Assembly (NCBI GenBank): GCA_030141605.1 | Contig: JAQGDQ010000531.1 | Span: 62,001-126,000, forward strand | Source of the DNA: Tubiluchus corallicola | Lineage: Eukaryota; Animalia; Priapulida | Reading direction: 5' to 3' | Length of the DNA: 64,000 bases | Shown here: piece after piece, positions 42,201-55,001 of the stretch | How the letters are laid out: each line of letters begins with the position of its first letter | Numbering within the stretch: the stretch's first letter is position 1 | Translations under genes and position numbers: made by a program | The notes under the pieces: generated by a model | Told to the model about the DNA's origin: nothing | Seen by the model: the letters and a program-made list of their open reading frames with translations, nothing else | Databases searched by the model: none

Positions 42201-43628
42201 ACCAGGAATCCCTTAAGAGACTGTATCGGTCTGTTTAAATTGTCACAGTGGGATAAAAAGGTGCTGGTAATTTTTGATCTACACTAGCCACTTCACTGCC
42301 TGTATGACGAGAATCTACCGTCATGCTTAATATGCAAATTAGCTGACGCCCATGCCAGTAGCAATAATACTTACACACTCCACGTGCAATTGAGGAATCT
42401 AGCTTCGAAAACAAAAAGCGGTGGTATCCTCTATTGTCTAAAAAAGATGATATAGAAGCTACAACACATTCATGGCCAAACACGTGCAAAATGAGCATGC
42501 GCCAGCTGGAATACAAATTGCACGGCAGTGAAGTGGCTAGACACACTGCCATCAAGTATTTGATCTAGGTTACACATACACATTTCATATTGGGGATCAC
42601 TATCAGCCTAATCAGTTTTAGTTTCAGGCAACACAATGTCTGAACAGGATGATAAGTTAACGGATTCCTCAATAAATATTTTATCAATGGCTCTGAGCTC
42701 CGCTTCAGTAATAGCTTTACTTTCTTGCGGCTCTAGTAATTTCAGTTCCATTTCGTTTTCCAGTTTTTGTGGCTAAAATTTCCATAAGGCATTTTCAGCA
42801 TCTAGCTTAGTCGTGGTTTCTCTTCTCGCTACTCTGTTTGATACAGACTCAGTCTTTGATACATATGATGCACATGTCTTCATCATAATTCGTTAAACTT
42901 ACTCCAGCGCAGTAAACTTTTTGCGTTCGCCACTTGTCGAAGTGAACTCGAAGGCAACATTTTTTAATATAAGTATGTTTTAGTACAATATTTTATAATA
43001 TAACTTTATTATAATATAACTTTTTACTCGTAACTCATTTTTTGGATCTTTCTTTAATTATATTTATTGAGCACTTTAAAACGGTAATTTGCCATAACAA
43101 ATCCGTGCATTGCAATAATAGAAATCCTCTGTGTCAAGGTCACTGTTACACCCATGTCATCGTTACATGAAATTTACCTGTAATATTGAATATAACGGTT
43201 CTTTATCCTTTCTAGACACACAACTTCATCATGATCAGGATGCTGTATGCTACATATGTTTTTAGAAAAAAACACGTTTACTGGTCTATACACTGATTTT
43301 GAATTTTTCTTCAAAGTGACAAGATAGAATACTGATGGAGCAGAGAGTGTTTATACTTTCTTTTAAATTTTGGAAATGATGGCAATTTCGGCGTTTGAGA
43401 CGTTTCATAAAAAACCACAGCATTTTATTGAAATTTGCGAAGATTATTATTGCGTTTAACAGATTGATAGTTAAGCTTGTATCGAATGTTGTATCCACGA
43501 ATATTTACATTTGCTCAAAGTAGTTATCGAAATACGATGGAAGTAAATTGCTGTTGTACTTGTACATAAAAATAGCAGTATAGTAGCATAGCTGTATAGC
43601 AAAAATAGCAGTACAATAAAAATAGCTT

Positions 43629-43630
<2 letters not shown>

Positions 43631-43709
<79 letters not shown>
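43631..43709. repeat. (AC)n microsatellite
   Basis: Read directly. Confidence 0.97.
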
Positions 43710-43711
<2 letters not shown>

Positions 43712-44817
43712 TATATCGTAAAAATCTAAAAAAATCTAGATTCTTAATAAGGCGCAGGTTGTTCTTTACAGGTGGGAATAAATGGTTTTAGCAATACGTT
43801 TTTGAAGAAGATAAAGACAAACTCGATGCATAATTGCTACACCAAATAATATTACAATGCTGATCAAACGGTAAGATTAGAGAGTTGCACAATATTGGAA
43901 GGATATATATGGGCAGGAAATGTCTGACTTCAATTCTGTTGTAATGAGGGATACGTCCAATATGTATATTTGTAAATGAAAGAGCCAGCTTCTAAAAATC
44001 ACTGTGTTTATTGAGCAACGATCGTCTAATACAGCTGTTATCAAACTATAAATCAAACCAAAAACAAGAATAAATAAAACATTAATGATTCAAAGGCACA
44101 AACAGAAACTACAAAACAATAGACTGGCATCTAAATTATTGAAATAAATGATGATATAACTTGAAAATATGCATAGAATTGCCTTAGACATGAGAATCAG
44201 AAAGGATCACAACACAATAAAGAATTAGAGAAAATCTACATAATAAAGAATCGTAGCAGTAAGCATTAGAAGAACAAAAACACAACTTCTACATTTTGCT
44301 CAATTTACAACAAGGTGGAACTACAATAGGGGTAACCAGCAGCGCTGCTCTGACACAAAGAATAAATCCTCAAGGACCATTACAGTCTGTGTAACATAGT
44401 CAAACAAATTCCAAAAGGAATAAGTACCACGGATGACAGTTGATTGTTAATAATTTTGTGGTGTTTCATAATGTATAGGCCTCAGCTATCTTGAGAGCTT
44501 GAGCATTACTTGCACTATATAAAATGCTAAATGCAGAGTCGAAGCCATGCCCTTGCAATGCTAGCCTGTTCTAGTACAAAGATGGCGCTTCGTCTGAACT
44601 TGTGTACATGTGTACTTTTGTACAACATTAGAACATCTTTTGTAGTCGCAGTTTGTGCCTTTGTATCATTAATGTGTTATTTATTATTGTTTTTGCCTTG
44701 ATTTACAGTTTGATAATGGCTACAGTAGCCGCAATCATTTCTCACTAAACATAATTATATTTATATTTTGTGATAGAATTTTCTTTTGATCTTTCAAGAC
44801 CTAAACACAAAAGAAAT

Positions 44818-45804
44818 TTATGCAATGCAATTTTCCCCATATTTGTCAAGGAACCAGTGATAGTTTAATTTAGCACGGCGGATCTTTTTGTTAACACCAG
44901 TTAACCAATTATTGTTTATCAAATAAGGATGTAGAGCTTGTCTATGAGTGTCTGAATCTCTGTAAATCATTCCATCTGCAATAAAATGATATGGATACAA
45001 TGCACACCTTGCATTTGCGAATTTGTTTTTGCACAAGAAGTCCATCACATCATCAGCATGCTCCCCGTTGGTATCTCTTTCTGCAATATGAACCATTTTT
45101 TGCCATATGGCTATGCCACTAGATGTGGCGTTAACAAAAATATAGCTAAAGCTTAAGTTTGAAGCTGCTAAATTGCGGCCAGATTGAGCTGCCAAGATGT
45201 CATAATCTCTAAACTGAGACAAAACCAAAGGAAGTGGATTTTTTATCCAAATTGAGTCAGTTTCAAAAAGTTGGAACGAAATCTCACTTTGCAAAATAAA
45301 TAAAAGAAGTTTTATCCATTCCAAGGTTAACACATGATGCTCGCGAGACCCCGATGAATACTTTCCCTGGAGATTCGCTTTAGTTCTATAATGATAAATA
45401 TTTAAGTCTGGCCACTTTGTCAATAACCTTTTGGCTGTGTTTTTATCTGTTGTGATAAAAACAACTTGTTCATGAAGGTTCATATTTCTAGTGTTACATA
45501 GCCAACTCTCGACGAATTCACGAAATCCTTTGTTAAAAAGTGTGATTAATGGAAGCTTTCTTTTAGATGTTATATTCTTAAGTATAAGAAGCAAGCTATG
45601 CTTGTTACTTGGAATATTAAATCGGCTCGGTCGTTTTTCAATTTGTCTAACTGCCATTTCGTCAAGCCATTTTTTGACAACTTCGCCTTTTGATAACAGA
45701 TTGCCTGTGCTAGCACGATTAATACCATTCAGATAGACACCGACGCCGTATATCAAAAATACGCATAGCACAACCAATACGATGCAGTATATTTTGTTGC
45801 GCAT
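44818..45804 (-). CDS. Nucleotide-diphospho-sugar transferase (GT77-like, PF03407-type), single coding exon, 328 aa
   Basis: TM anchor IYCIVLVVLCVFLIYGVGVYL; N.GF..F..SWLCN, FITTD, FETDSIWIKNPLP (DxD-equivalent), NNNWLTG..KKI.RAK...HWF. Confidence 0.82.
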   Translation of the reverse strand: MRNKIYCIVLVVLCVFLIYGVGVYLNGINRASTGNLLSKGEVVKKWLDEMAVRQIEKRPSRFNIPSNKHSLLLILKNITSKRKLPLITLFNKGFREFVESWLCNTRNMNLHEQVVFITTDKNTAKRLLTKWPDLNIYHYRTKANLQGKYSSGSREHHVLTLEWIKLLLFILQSEISFQLFETDSIWIKNPLPLVLSQFRDYDILAAQSGRNLAASNLSFSYIFVNATSSGIAIWQKMVHIAERDTNGEHADDVMDFLCKNKFANARCALYPYHFIADGMIYRDSDTHRQALHPYLINNNWLTGVNKKIRRAKLNYHWFLDKYGENCIA

Positions 45805-46834
45805 TTCTAAACGTTTTTAACACTTCACAGTCTGATAATGTGCACTTTCGCCCGTTGTATGTAGGACTTATTGTTTAGGTAATGTGCATTGCATGATGCT
45901 CTGTAATAATTATTATTATTACACACGGTATCTCATATCTTCCTGTGCGTGTTGTGAATTAAAGTAGACAGACAAGAAGAATCACAGCAAAGCGACCAAG
46001 TTCGAAAACTCACCACGATTCCACCTAAGACGAATGCTGCTATAGTCGTTTGGGAATGGGAATGTTGCAGATTACATTTATTTATACAGTGGCTCATGAC
46101 ATCTGCCAACGCCTCATACCATCAATTTAAGGGAAATTCAATGAAACTTAAGTCGAGGACCTTTGTTGCACAATAACGCATTTTTGCCGCTTGTTAAGCA
46201 GTTCTGTTTAATCACTCTATTTTACTGTTAAATTGTTCTGCACGCCAAACCTGACCTTTCATGTCAGAATTCAAGTTTTATCTGCAGAAAAATAACTGTT
46301 AACCTCTTTACCAGCCACTTTGCTTTACCAGGTACTTGTTAATACACAATGATGGACTAGTTAATCTTTTCCTATTAAGGGATTAGCCATTTTTCTAAAA
46401 AACAGCTCAACCACGTGAAACTACTGCAAAAAACACCAAAAATGTTCAAAGAATTTTACAAAGAAGTATCAAATTGTGCGATATATTAATTTGCCTATCA
46501 GGACGAGGATGAAGTGGTGTTAGCCTGCAATTTAAATGGATAAAAGGAACATTATATCTTAACAGTTACGTAGCTAAAAATGAGCACGTCGAACAGTTGC
46601 GATCGTAGTTACCGCAGTATGCAGCAAATATTTCAAAATTTAAGAGAAGGAATGAGACAGCTAAAAGTTATGGTTCAGCTGTGAGTGCTGGTAGCTGATA
46701 TATAATAACTTAATAATTATAAATCCTCCTTTACTAGGACTAATCTCTCACTAATCAAGATATTGCCAAGTATCTTTCAGAAACACATACTTCCTCTACG
46801 ACGTGATTGATAAAAGCATAATTATCTAATCGCA

Positions 46835-48238
46835 ATGATAAAAGCTAACGTAACTAAAATAGCAATTCGTTTTCTAATACTAGCTGTTCTCGTTTATTAT
46901 GTATGCATTGTAGTGATGAAAACTGAACTACTGCTCTTGAAAAATCGCAATAAGTTCGACATGAAAATTCATTATGCAGAAAACGTAACTGGCACCAAAA
47001 GGAAAATATTGCTCTTTGTAGGAATCACAAGTGCACATAAGGAGAGAAGGGATGCAATTCGGTCATCATGGATGAAATGGTGCGATGACTTTGATGATGT
47101 GATTTGTCTATTTTTCATTCAAGCACAGGATATGTTTGGAGAAAGACTTGATGATGTGACTTTTAGCCAACTTACAGACGAAACTAAAATTCACGGAGAC
47201 ACTATATTGGCAGATACACCTGGCGGTTTGAATTTTGGAAGACGTTTAGTGTGGATGTGGAACTGGGCTTTCCACAGATACGATTTCAAGTACTTTTTAA
47301 AAATAGACGACGACACGTTTTTGTGCTTAAAAAAAGTAAGAGCAGAACTGATTGTGCTGCCATACGAAAAAGTAAATTGGGGATACAGACACTGCGAAAA
47401 AACTACAGGTATGGAATTTTTTGTTCCAAAATGAAAATAAATCTAGATACAACTTATAATTTGCTCAAACTATATCTTTTTAGGGTTTGTAGAGTAAATG
47501 TTATTGGAAAAATGTCTTGCAGAAAATGTCTTGTTAGAATCACTGGTTTTGACATTAGCTTGCATACATTATGAGAGTTTTCTGCGTTATCTTCCAATTA
47601 TTTAGTAAAAAGTGAAAAAAATAATTCGTTCTTGTCAATTCTTATTCAATTGATTCCATAAAAGAACTAGTCCTTTCTTCTTGTGACAGCTACAACCATA
47701 ATGTTCATATTGGCAGATTTTCTAAACAAAATTAGCTGTTTGTGATAGAACGTTATAATTTTTGACTTTTTTCTTAGGCTGGAGGCGCATGGACGAATTC
47801 TTTTTCTTAGTATCAAGAAATATTATTCAAGAGATTCTACGTAAATACTGGGCAAATTCACTTTTGTGTGATGAACATGCTGCAATATCTGCAAGAGTGT
47901 GGCTTTATGAGATTAACAATGTCACATACTTGGATGATAATGCCAGGTTGCTCATAAACTTTGACAAGCATTTTCAGTTTCGCTCTCATGACATGTGTAG
48001 CAAAATTATTGTCGTTCACCAGGCCTATCCACCCGAGATAAAAAAAATTTGGGATTTGACAAAGGAATCCGTGCTTTATGAAAATTATACGACCAGTTTT
48101 TTCAAAAGTTGTCCTCTCGGCAAGCCTACATATGAAAACAAACGTTTTAAATATTGCCACAACGAGACGTTTACTAGGACAGGTTTCTATGCTGGAGGAG
48201 AAGCAAGATTTTATAAGCGATATCAACGAATGGGTTAA
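46835..48238 (+). CDS. GT31 beta-1,3-galactosyltransferase-like enzyme (Galactosyl_T), join(46835..47408,47778..48238), about 344 aa
   Basis: TM anchor; LLFVGITSA..ERRDAIRSSW, HGD.IL, FKYFLKIDDDTF; phase-1 intron G|GTATGG ... ttcttag|GC joins the two ORFs in frame. Confidence 0.88.
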
Positions 48239-48449
48239 ACGAATATTTTTTCTTCTCCAAGACATCAGCATTATGAAGTTAGCCAACTAACATTTATATA
48301 TCCTACATATGAAATGCTATATATATATATAACATATATAACGTAAAATTATACATTATAAGTTAAGGTTAACAGATTATATTAGAAATCAATAAATATA
48401 TGTAATAAACTATATATATATATATATAATTTTGGAATTTACTTTGCAG

Positions 48450-48480
<31 letters not shown>

Positions 48481-50699
48481 GCTGCAAAGTAAATTCCAAA
48501 ATTTTGCCTACATAAAAGACCAAACGGAGTAGCAAGTTACCACACATCATCTGGCACCCGTACTTTGTAAAAAAGTACAAATAATAATTTTCAACAAAAC
48601 CAAAGTATGATTGCACAGCAAATCGAAAAATATTTATTCAATACAAGTTTGAAAACTTTTCGTTGTGTGCATCAATACAAAAAATGTGATCAAACGCTCC
48701 TTACGTAATTTTTTACCCCAGTTGGTCACTAACTGTCAGGCCTGCTCACATACTTTTGTAAATATTGCTTGACCCCACGTTGCTACTGCAGGACCAAATG
48801 TTACATTTTCTTGTGAAAAAAACAAACAAACAGAAACAATCAAAGCCTCTGGACTCTGGTTTTCTTTTATCTGCGACACTGTGAGAGAAAAAAATGCAGC
48901 TGCAGACTACTTTGTGCTAGAACTTAAAGGAAAACCAGATGACTGATTAGCACTCACTTTTAATTACCGTTCAAAATATGCATTTTCTTGCCATTTTCTT
49001 ATCAAAAGTTTCTTATCAATTGTTTCTAATATTTGAATAATTACTTTGGAAAGTTAATTAACGGCAACCGAACACGGCTGTAGATTACGTCACAAACTAA
49101 CTATAGTTTGTGCAATGGTGGGCATCTTCCCTGCACGTCAAGCACTTTTGCATAAATGAAGGATGCTATGACGCGCTGGTGTTATGTCTCAGAAATTAGC
49201 ACTACATCACAGTGATGTCACAAACGAACACTGCAGTTCATCATCATGTTTATCACGGTATGCGCCTATATGTTGGCCAACCGAAGGTGACAAAAAGACA
49301 TCATTAAGTGCCAGTCTTAAACGATTCGCTAAGCCACATGTAACTTTGAAAATTTAACAAAATTTATCTAGTGGAGGTAATTAATCTAAGCTTTGATCTA
49401 AAAAGCTGTTGTAGTTCAATATATCAGAGTATACTTTAGTTAAAAAACTACGCAATCTTCCGGATTCAATTTAATGTGGTATGAGAATTGATGTAAGGTA
49501 GTGATAACAGTATTTTGTCTGTGATTAGAGTTGTTTTACATATGTGCTATTTTTTGTAATTAGCATTATTCACTTATATGATATGAGTATTCAGTAATAT
49601 GATTATTCACTTCACGTTTTACTGATCATGTTTACTGATAAGAAATGAAGCAAATAAAAACACTAAGTGAAATGACTAAAACTAAATTATAATAATGCAC
49701 ACGTTTTGGCCTGCTATCTGCACCCTCAGCTGAATCTTACTGAGGGTTTATTGTCAGTCCCTTGTCAATCAAAAGGAAGCCGCAGATGGCGGATGGCTGC
49801 AGTCATAGGCAGATGGCAGACATTCGAAGCTCCAGGAGTGTCAAACGTTGGTACTTACAATGTAGTCATACAATGTAGCCAAACAATGGAGGAGAGATTA
49901 AATCAGGTGTGTGACGTCATTGTCCGTATTAAAATTATGCTGCAGTTAATTTTGTACTTCAAATAAGATATCCACTTTTCTTCCACGTTTGGGTTTGATT
50001 CCTGCCCATCCTTTAATACCTCTCCTCTATTTCATGTTTATTGCAGCAAGTTTGAGGTCTCATGAAATCAGTTTGTTATTTTAATGGCGCCTCAAACAAA
50101 GTGGTTTTTGTCTTCTCATCGTAATCAAATTTCTCTGAGAGGAGGCCAGACGGTTCCTGGGCAGTTTTGCTAGTAGCCAGGAAACTTTGTCGTGTACGTC
50201 ATCTGTCCAAGTAGATCATGACAGTTGTTAGTGGAGTAGCGGAATGCAGACGTTCAGATTTAGGAGTTTTCAGTGTAGTTTGGAAATGCCTAATGAGGTT
50301 GCCGCCGAAGTTTGAGAACGAGGAACTTTTCTCGCTTCCTCCGCCATTTGCTGACTCCTGCAGGAGTGAACGGAGACGTTTTGGAGATACTGGGATTCTT
50401 GTTTCTGGTTAAAACTGTTTTTTGGTGGAGTCTACAATGCGTGAGCCATTGCAAACTGTTCCGGTTTGATTTCTTGGTTTTGGAAGTGTGATCCTGGATA
50501 ACTGGGCACACGGTACCACGTCCTGATGATAGCCCATTGGTACAGCTGTATGTCAAATGCATTTTGGGAGAGTGTGAAGCTTCTTAATGTGAAGCGGTGA
50601 ACGATTAGCGCGCGCTTCTGAATGTGAGTGGTGGCAGTGCATTTACTCATAATGTCATTTTTATCCTTTTCTTACTATTCTTCTCGCCACCCCTGCATC

Positions 50700-51024
50700 C
50701 TACCAGAGACAGATTCGAGGACCTTCCCAAGAGAAGCTAACTTCAGCAGCAGGCATAGTTTTCAATACGGTTTTCAACCGACTTGGTCAAAAACAAAAGC
50801 TAAGCAATCAGGCTAGCAATATGCATAACTTGCATTGGTTTACATTTGTGACATTTTTTAAATCTATTTGCTACCCGTTTCGTGACCTTGCAGTTTTCTT
50901 CTTCTTTTTTTTAACACATGCCTTCGGAAATTTTGTGAGGCTGTAAAGCTTCTCAATGCAAAGTGGTGCAGGATTAGCGCATACCTCTGACAGAGAACAG
51001 TGGCAGAGAAAATGCTATTCTTCT
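50700..51024 (+). repeat. Direct repeat A, copy 1 (copy 2 at about 57945..58267)
   Basis: Near-identical cagagacagattc..aggaccttcccaagagaagctaacttcagcagc ... gtggcagagaaaatgctattcttct in both places. Confidence 0.9.
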
Positions 51025-51362
51025 TGGGATTACCGCGGGTATCGGCTCCAGGCGTCACAAGCTCTAACTGAGTAACTTTCTGGACGGATTGGACAATTCC
51101 GTCCAAAGGACAGAGCCACCAGTTGGGTTTAACACCCCAGGCGAACCTAAAAAAAATAAATAAATAAATCAGCTAGGAGGTCTAGGAATGAGCCACGGTA
51201 AGCTCCCCCAGCAGGACCCAGAGGTTTGATTAACAATCTCTTTTGCAGTAATATATTTCGTTTTCTATATATTCTTTCATATAATACACCATAGAGTGTC
51301 AAAAATGGTGGCAGTGGTCGTCACAATTAGTGTCAAAATGTGCAAAAACAGCCAATATTATA

Positions 51363-51687
51363 ATTATGCATTATTTCAAGGTCTTAAAATTCTTGGTATA
51401 TGGTTTCACTAACCACAGTTTTAATTTATGCATTTTCTTCATCCTTTAATGCTCCCCATCGTTGCAGAGGAATATGCCGCCATCTTGGTTTAAATAACTA
51501 TTTTATTAACTTTAATTTTGCATAACTATTAATGGCAAGTCTTTTTTTCTAATTTTGGTTTGTCATTGTCACTCTCTTTATGGATCCTTTCAATTTTGAT
51601 AACTTCCTCCTGCTTTATTGTTCTACGTACAGTGCAAAGTTTGATGATTTGTTATTTTTTGTTGTTGTCGTTGTTGTTGTTGTTGTT

Positions 51688-51746
<59 letters not shown>

Positions 51747-51880
51747 CGTCGTTGTTGTTGTTATTATTATTTAGGTGTAACAGACAACAATGTTAATCTT
51801 TTCTTCAAAAGTTTCTTTATTTGAATTAAAGTAATGAAGTTTTAAAGAAGTTTGCTTTATTTTCCAAGGCGGAAGTTAAA
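51363..51880 (+). repeat. Direct repeat B, copy 1 (copy 2 at about 56456..57360 with extra internal sequence)
   Basis: Shared tatgcattatttca..tatggtttcact.accac.gttttaatttatgcatt, tctaattttggtttgtc.ttgtc, atggatcc, and 3' acaacaatg..gtaatgaa..gaagtttgc. Confidence 0.8.
51660..51771. repeat. (GTT)n microsatellite
   Basis: Read directly; explains the poly-Leu and poly-Val ORFs. Confidence 0.97.
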
Positions 51881-53479
51881 AGAGTTGCAAAAAAGTTGCG
51901 CTGCCACCGCTCTTAAAAGGCGAATACTAATGTGTTACAGGATATGAATGTCACACTACGTGTTTCAATTTGAAAACCCTCTCTTGACAAACTGAATAAG
52001 ACGCCCCCAGCTTTCATCTGCAACCAGACATTGCTGAATGTTAAACGACAGAATAATGTCTTTCTTGGCATCATATCTCTGCGCATTTCCACCATGCATT
52101 CTGTGATCCTCATCTATTTTCTACTTTTCCTATTTAAAACCTGACGACACAAGATCAGGAATGCCACGTAAGGCTTCAAATTTTTGAAAATAATTGTGAA
52201 CAATTGTGCAGTGAGATCACCTTCCATTTCCAAGTACATCACTGGATCTTGTTACTATACATATAAACAATGCTAGCCAGGGCTTTTATGTCCCATTTCT
52301 TTGCTCCAGGAACACAATATTTAACATTGATTGGTCAATGTCAACCTTTTGGAAAACCAACATCTTAAATATTCTTGTTACTGAAAAAGGAGGCACTTCC
52401 CGTGCTTTATGAGCTGGATCATCTATCTTGCAACACAGTCTGAAGCGTGTGAGATATGATATTTACACTAGATATGTTCTGACTGTGAAAGTTACAGGGT
52501 GGTGGAGTTTTGCTGCTTGGTCCACATCATGAGGTTATGTTTGTATGGCTAAACACCAAGTTTGGTGTGAACCTGTCTTTAATGGCACTCGTATGCTGTG
52601 AGATCATTTATCACAAAGACAATGATTTTGTTTATTTTTGTCTACTTTTGTTTATTCGTTATTTGCTGTTATGACAGTCTTGACATTCCAAGAAGCAAGT
52701 GTTTGGTAACCATATTTATACCTGCAGGATAGGACTCGAATTCTCGCTGAATAGTAGTGGAAAATCAGTTGAGGACCACGTGAGGATCAGATAGGACCAA
52801 GTTCTATCTGGACCAATGGTTCTGTTTGTTTGAACTGAAGGTTCTGTTTGTCACCCTGCAAAAGCACGATATCTGGCTTTATTACTGGGAATCTGAATCA
52901 ACCAGGTAAGGGTTCAACCGCTGGATTGCTGGAACAGTTTTAAAGCGTGGACCATGCCAGATGCTGGATTGGTGACCATTGGCAAAGAGTTGCTGGCGAG
53001 GACGTGGCTGACTACTGGAGATGAAAAGCTGATGTGGTATGGTTGGAGACTCAAGAGCATGGTTGGTGTATATATATATACCTCTTCTTTGCAATTAGAA
53101 CAGCATGAGCTAGGTAAAAACCACGAGATTTGCAAGATCTTCATAAGATTATTGTCACTTACGATTGGTTTTGTGCTTTTGATATTTTCGTTTGAGCCTC
53201 GCGACAAATTAGGATAAATCGAAATTGCCAATTTAGGAAAGTTCAGAGCTTCGTCTGGAGAAGTATAACAACAGATTTGTGCAATATGAATGACACCACT
53301 GTGTGACAACTATGAAAAAACTGCTTGATAAGCTCATTTGTTTGCATATTTGTAAAACTGTATGATAAGCTAAGTCCATGTCAGTAAATGCTATAGCTGC
53401 TATGATCTGAACAGCAGGGCTAAAAGTGTGTGCTTGTGTTACTCAAGTAACACAAAATATTTGATCTGCTTCATCAAAA

Positions 53480-54469
53480 CTATTGCGCTTTAAAACTAGT
53501 TTTCCTGTGATATCTGTTCAAATCAATCTCTAGACATGTCTTATTGTCACTGTCCATGAACCAGTGACTGTGTTTTTTAGCTATAGTCACCTTCCTGTCA
53601 ATACCAGTTATCCAGTTGATATTAATCACAGCAGGATCAGGAGCAAAGTCTTTAGCACCCTGAGTAAAATAAACAAGACCATCTGCTACTTGATTGTAAG
53701 GGTAAAAATCGCACTTTGCTTTTGCATAGCCTATTTTGCATAAATTATCTAAAACTCCCTGCTCGTATTTATGTCGAAAATCATTTTCTACTCTTTGTAC
53801 CATCTCACCCCAAATATGGCGGGCACTAATCGTATTGTTGACGAACATGAACCCCACAGAAATGTTATAATTGTCAAGTCTTTCGCCGACAAGAGATCCT
53901 ATCAAATCAACTCCACAGTGTTCTTCAAGCAGAGGTATAGGGTTTTTCAACCAAACTGCATCTGTTTCAAAGATGTGAAAGGCAATTCCTTCCAAAAGAA
54001 GTTCGTGAAGCAACCGTATTCGTTCTAGAATTATATACCTGTACCCAGCACTGTCAAATTCATATTTCATTTTTAGAGGTTTTTCAGTTGTGTGTTTGAA
54101 TACGTTCAAATTTGGCCAAAGACGCAGCAGAATCACACGTGTATCCTCATCTGTAGCAACTATAATAATCTGATCTAAAATTCCCATCATTCTAATGTTG
54201 CACAACCAGCTCAATGTTATATTTACGTATCCTTGGTTAGCAATGGCAATATAAGGTATTTTGCCATTAGCAGTGATATTTTTGCACAAATCGATTAACT
54301 TTACCGGTTTTGTTGCCGGTTTGAGACTTTCCAATTGCTCAGGAAGCAGCGGTCCTTTTCTGTGCATTAACCTACTCGTACTTAATATAATTGTTTCATC
54401 AAACCAAAAAATAATGGCGACCACAAAAACTCCAAAGAGTAACTTAGATAAACGCCTGTGTGCCCTCAT
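53480..54469 (-). CDS. Second nucleotide-diphospho-sugar transferase (GT77-like), single coding exon, 329 aa
   Basis: TM anchor LLFGVFVVAIIFWF; NQGY..ITLSWLCN, VATDE, FETDAVWLKNPIP, GFMFV, EQGVL, NINWITG..RK..AK...HWF; clear paralog of 44818..45804. Confidence 0.84.
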   Translation of the reverse strand: MRAHRRLSKLLFGVFVVAIIFWFDETIILSTSRLMHRKGPLLPEQLESLKPATKPVKLIDLCKNITANGKIPYIAIANQGYVNITLSWLCNIRMMGILDQIIIVATDEDTRVILLRLWPNLNVFKHTTEKPLKMKYEFDSAGYRYIILERIRLLHELLLEGIAFHIFETDAVWLKNPIPLLEEHCGVDLIGSLVGERLDNYNISVGFMFVNNTISARHIWGEMVQRVENDFRHKYEQGVLDNLCKIGYAKAKCDFYPYNQVADGLVYFTQGAKDFAPDPAVININWITGIDRKVTIAKKHSHWFMDSDNKTCLEIDLNRYHRKTSFKAQ

Positions 54470-55001
54470 TTCAGGACCGTATGTAAAACCGAGAAACCAT
54501 ATGCCACATACGGCTATGCGATGGCAAATCTATACGTGATGTTCGCACACTTTTTCAAAAATTATCTTTCGCAACTAACAACTGCGCCAAAAAGTTAACG
54601 TTACGTTGGCATTTTTCAAAAGTTCGGCAAACTTAACTACTAAATGTTGCGAAATTGAGCGTTTGTGTAGATTTGTTTATTTGCAGATGAAAAGTGGATA
54701 AAATAATAACATATTTAATACGCAGAAACAGGAACTGGAATGTACGAACAGAAATTGAAGTATAAAACAACAATCTACACAAAAGTACCATCTTAAACTG
54801 GACAGATTTATTGAAAGTAATTTCACTCTGATGTGCGTGATTTTTTTCTATAGTGGTGGGACTTATTAAGAAAACAATTCATTCATGCTGATGATCATTT
54901 TATAAGACGATTTAATGTGAAAATAATGTTTTTTTGAGCTACAGGACGGATAGAAGAAATTTTGAAGTGCGCGATGTTCTGAGGTCATTAGAAAGACAAA
55001 T

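Noticed and set aside
42235-42960. Possible missing first exon of the GT31 pseudogene
   Set aside because: No RRxAIRxxW or KxDDD motif found; the sequence looks like decayed retroelement coiled-coil coding DNA.
51560-51796. Poly-Leu and poly-Val membrane proteins
   Set aside because: Translation of a (GTT)n microsatellite.
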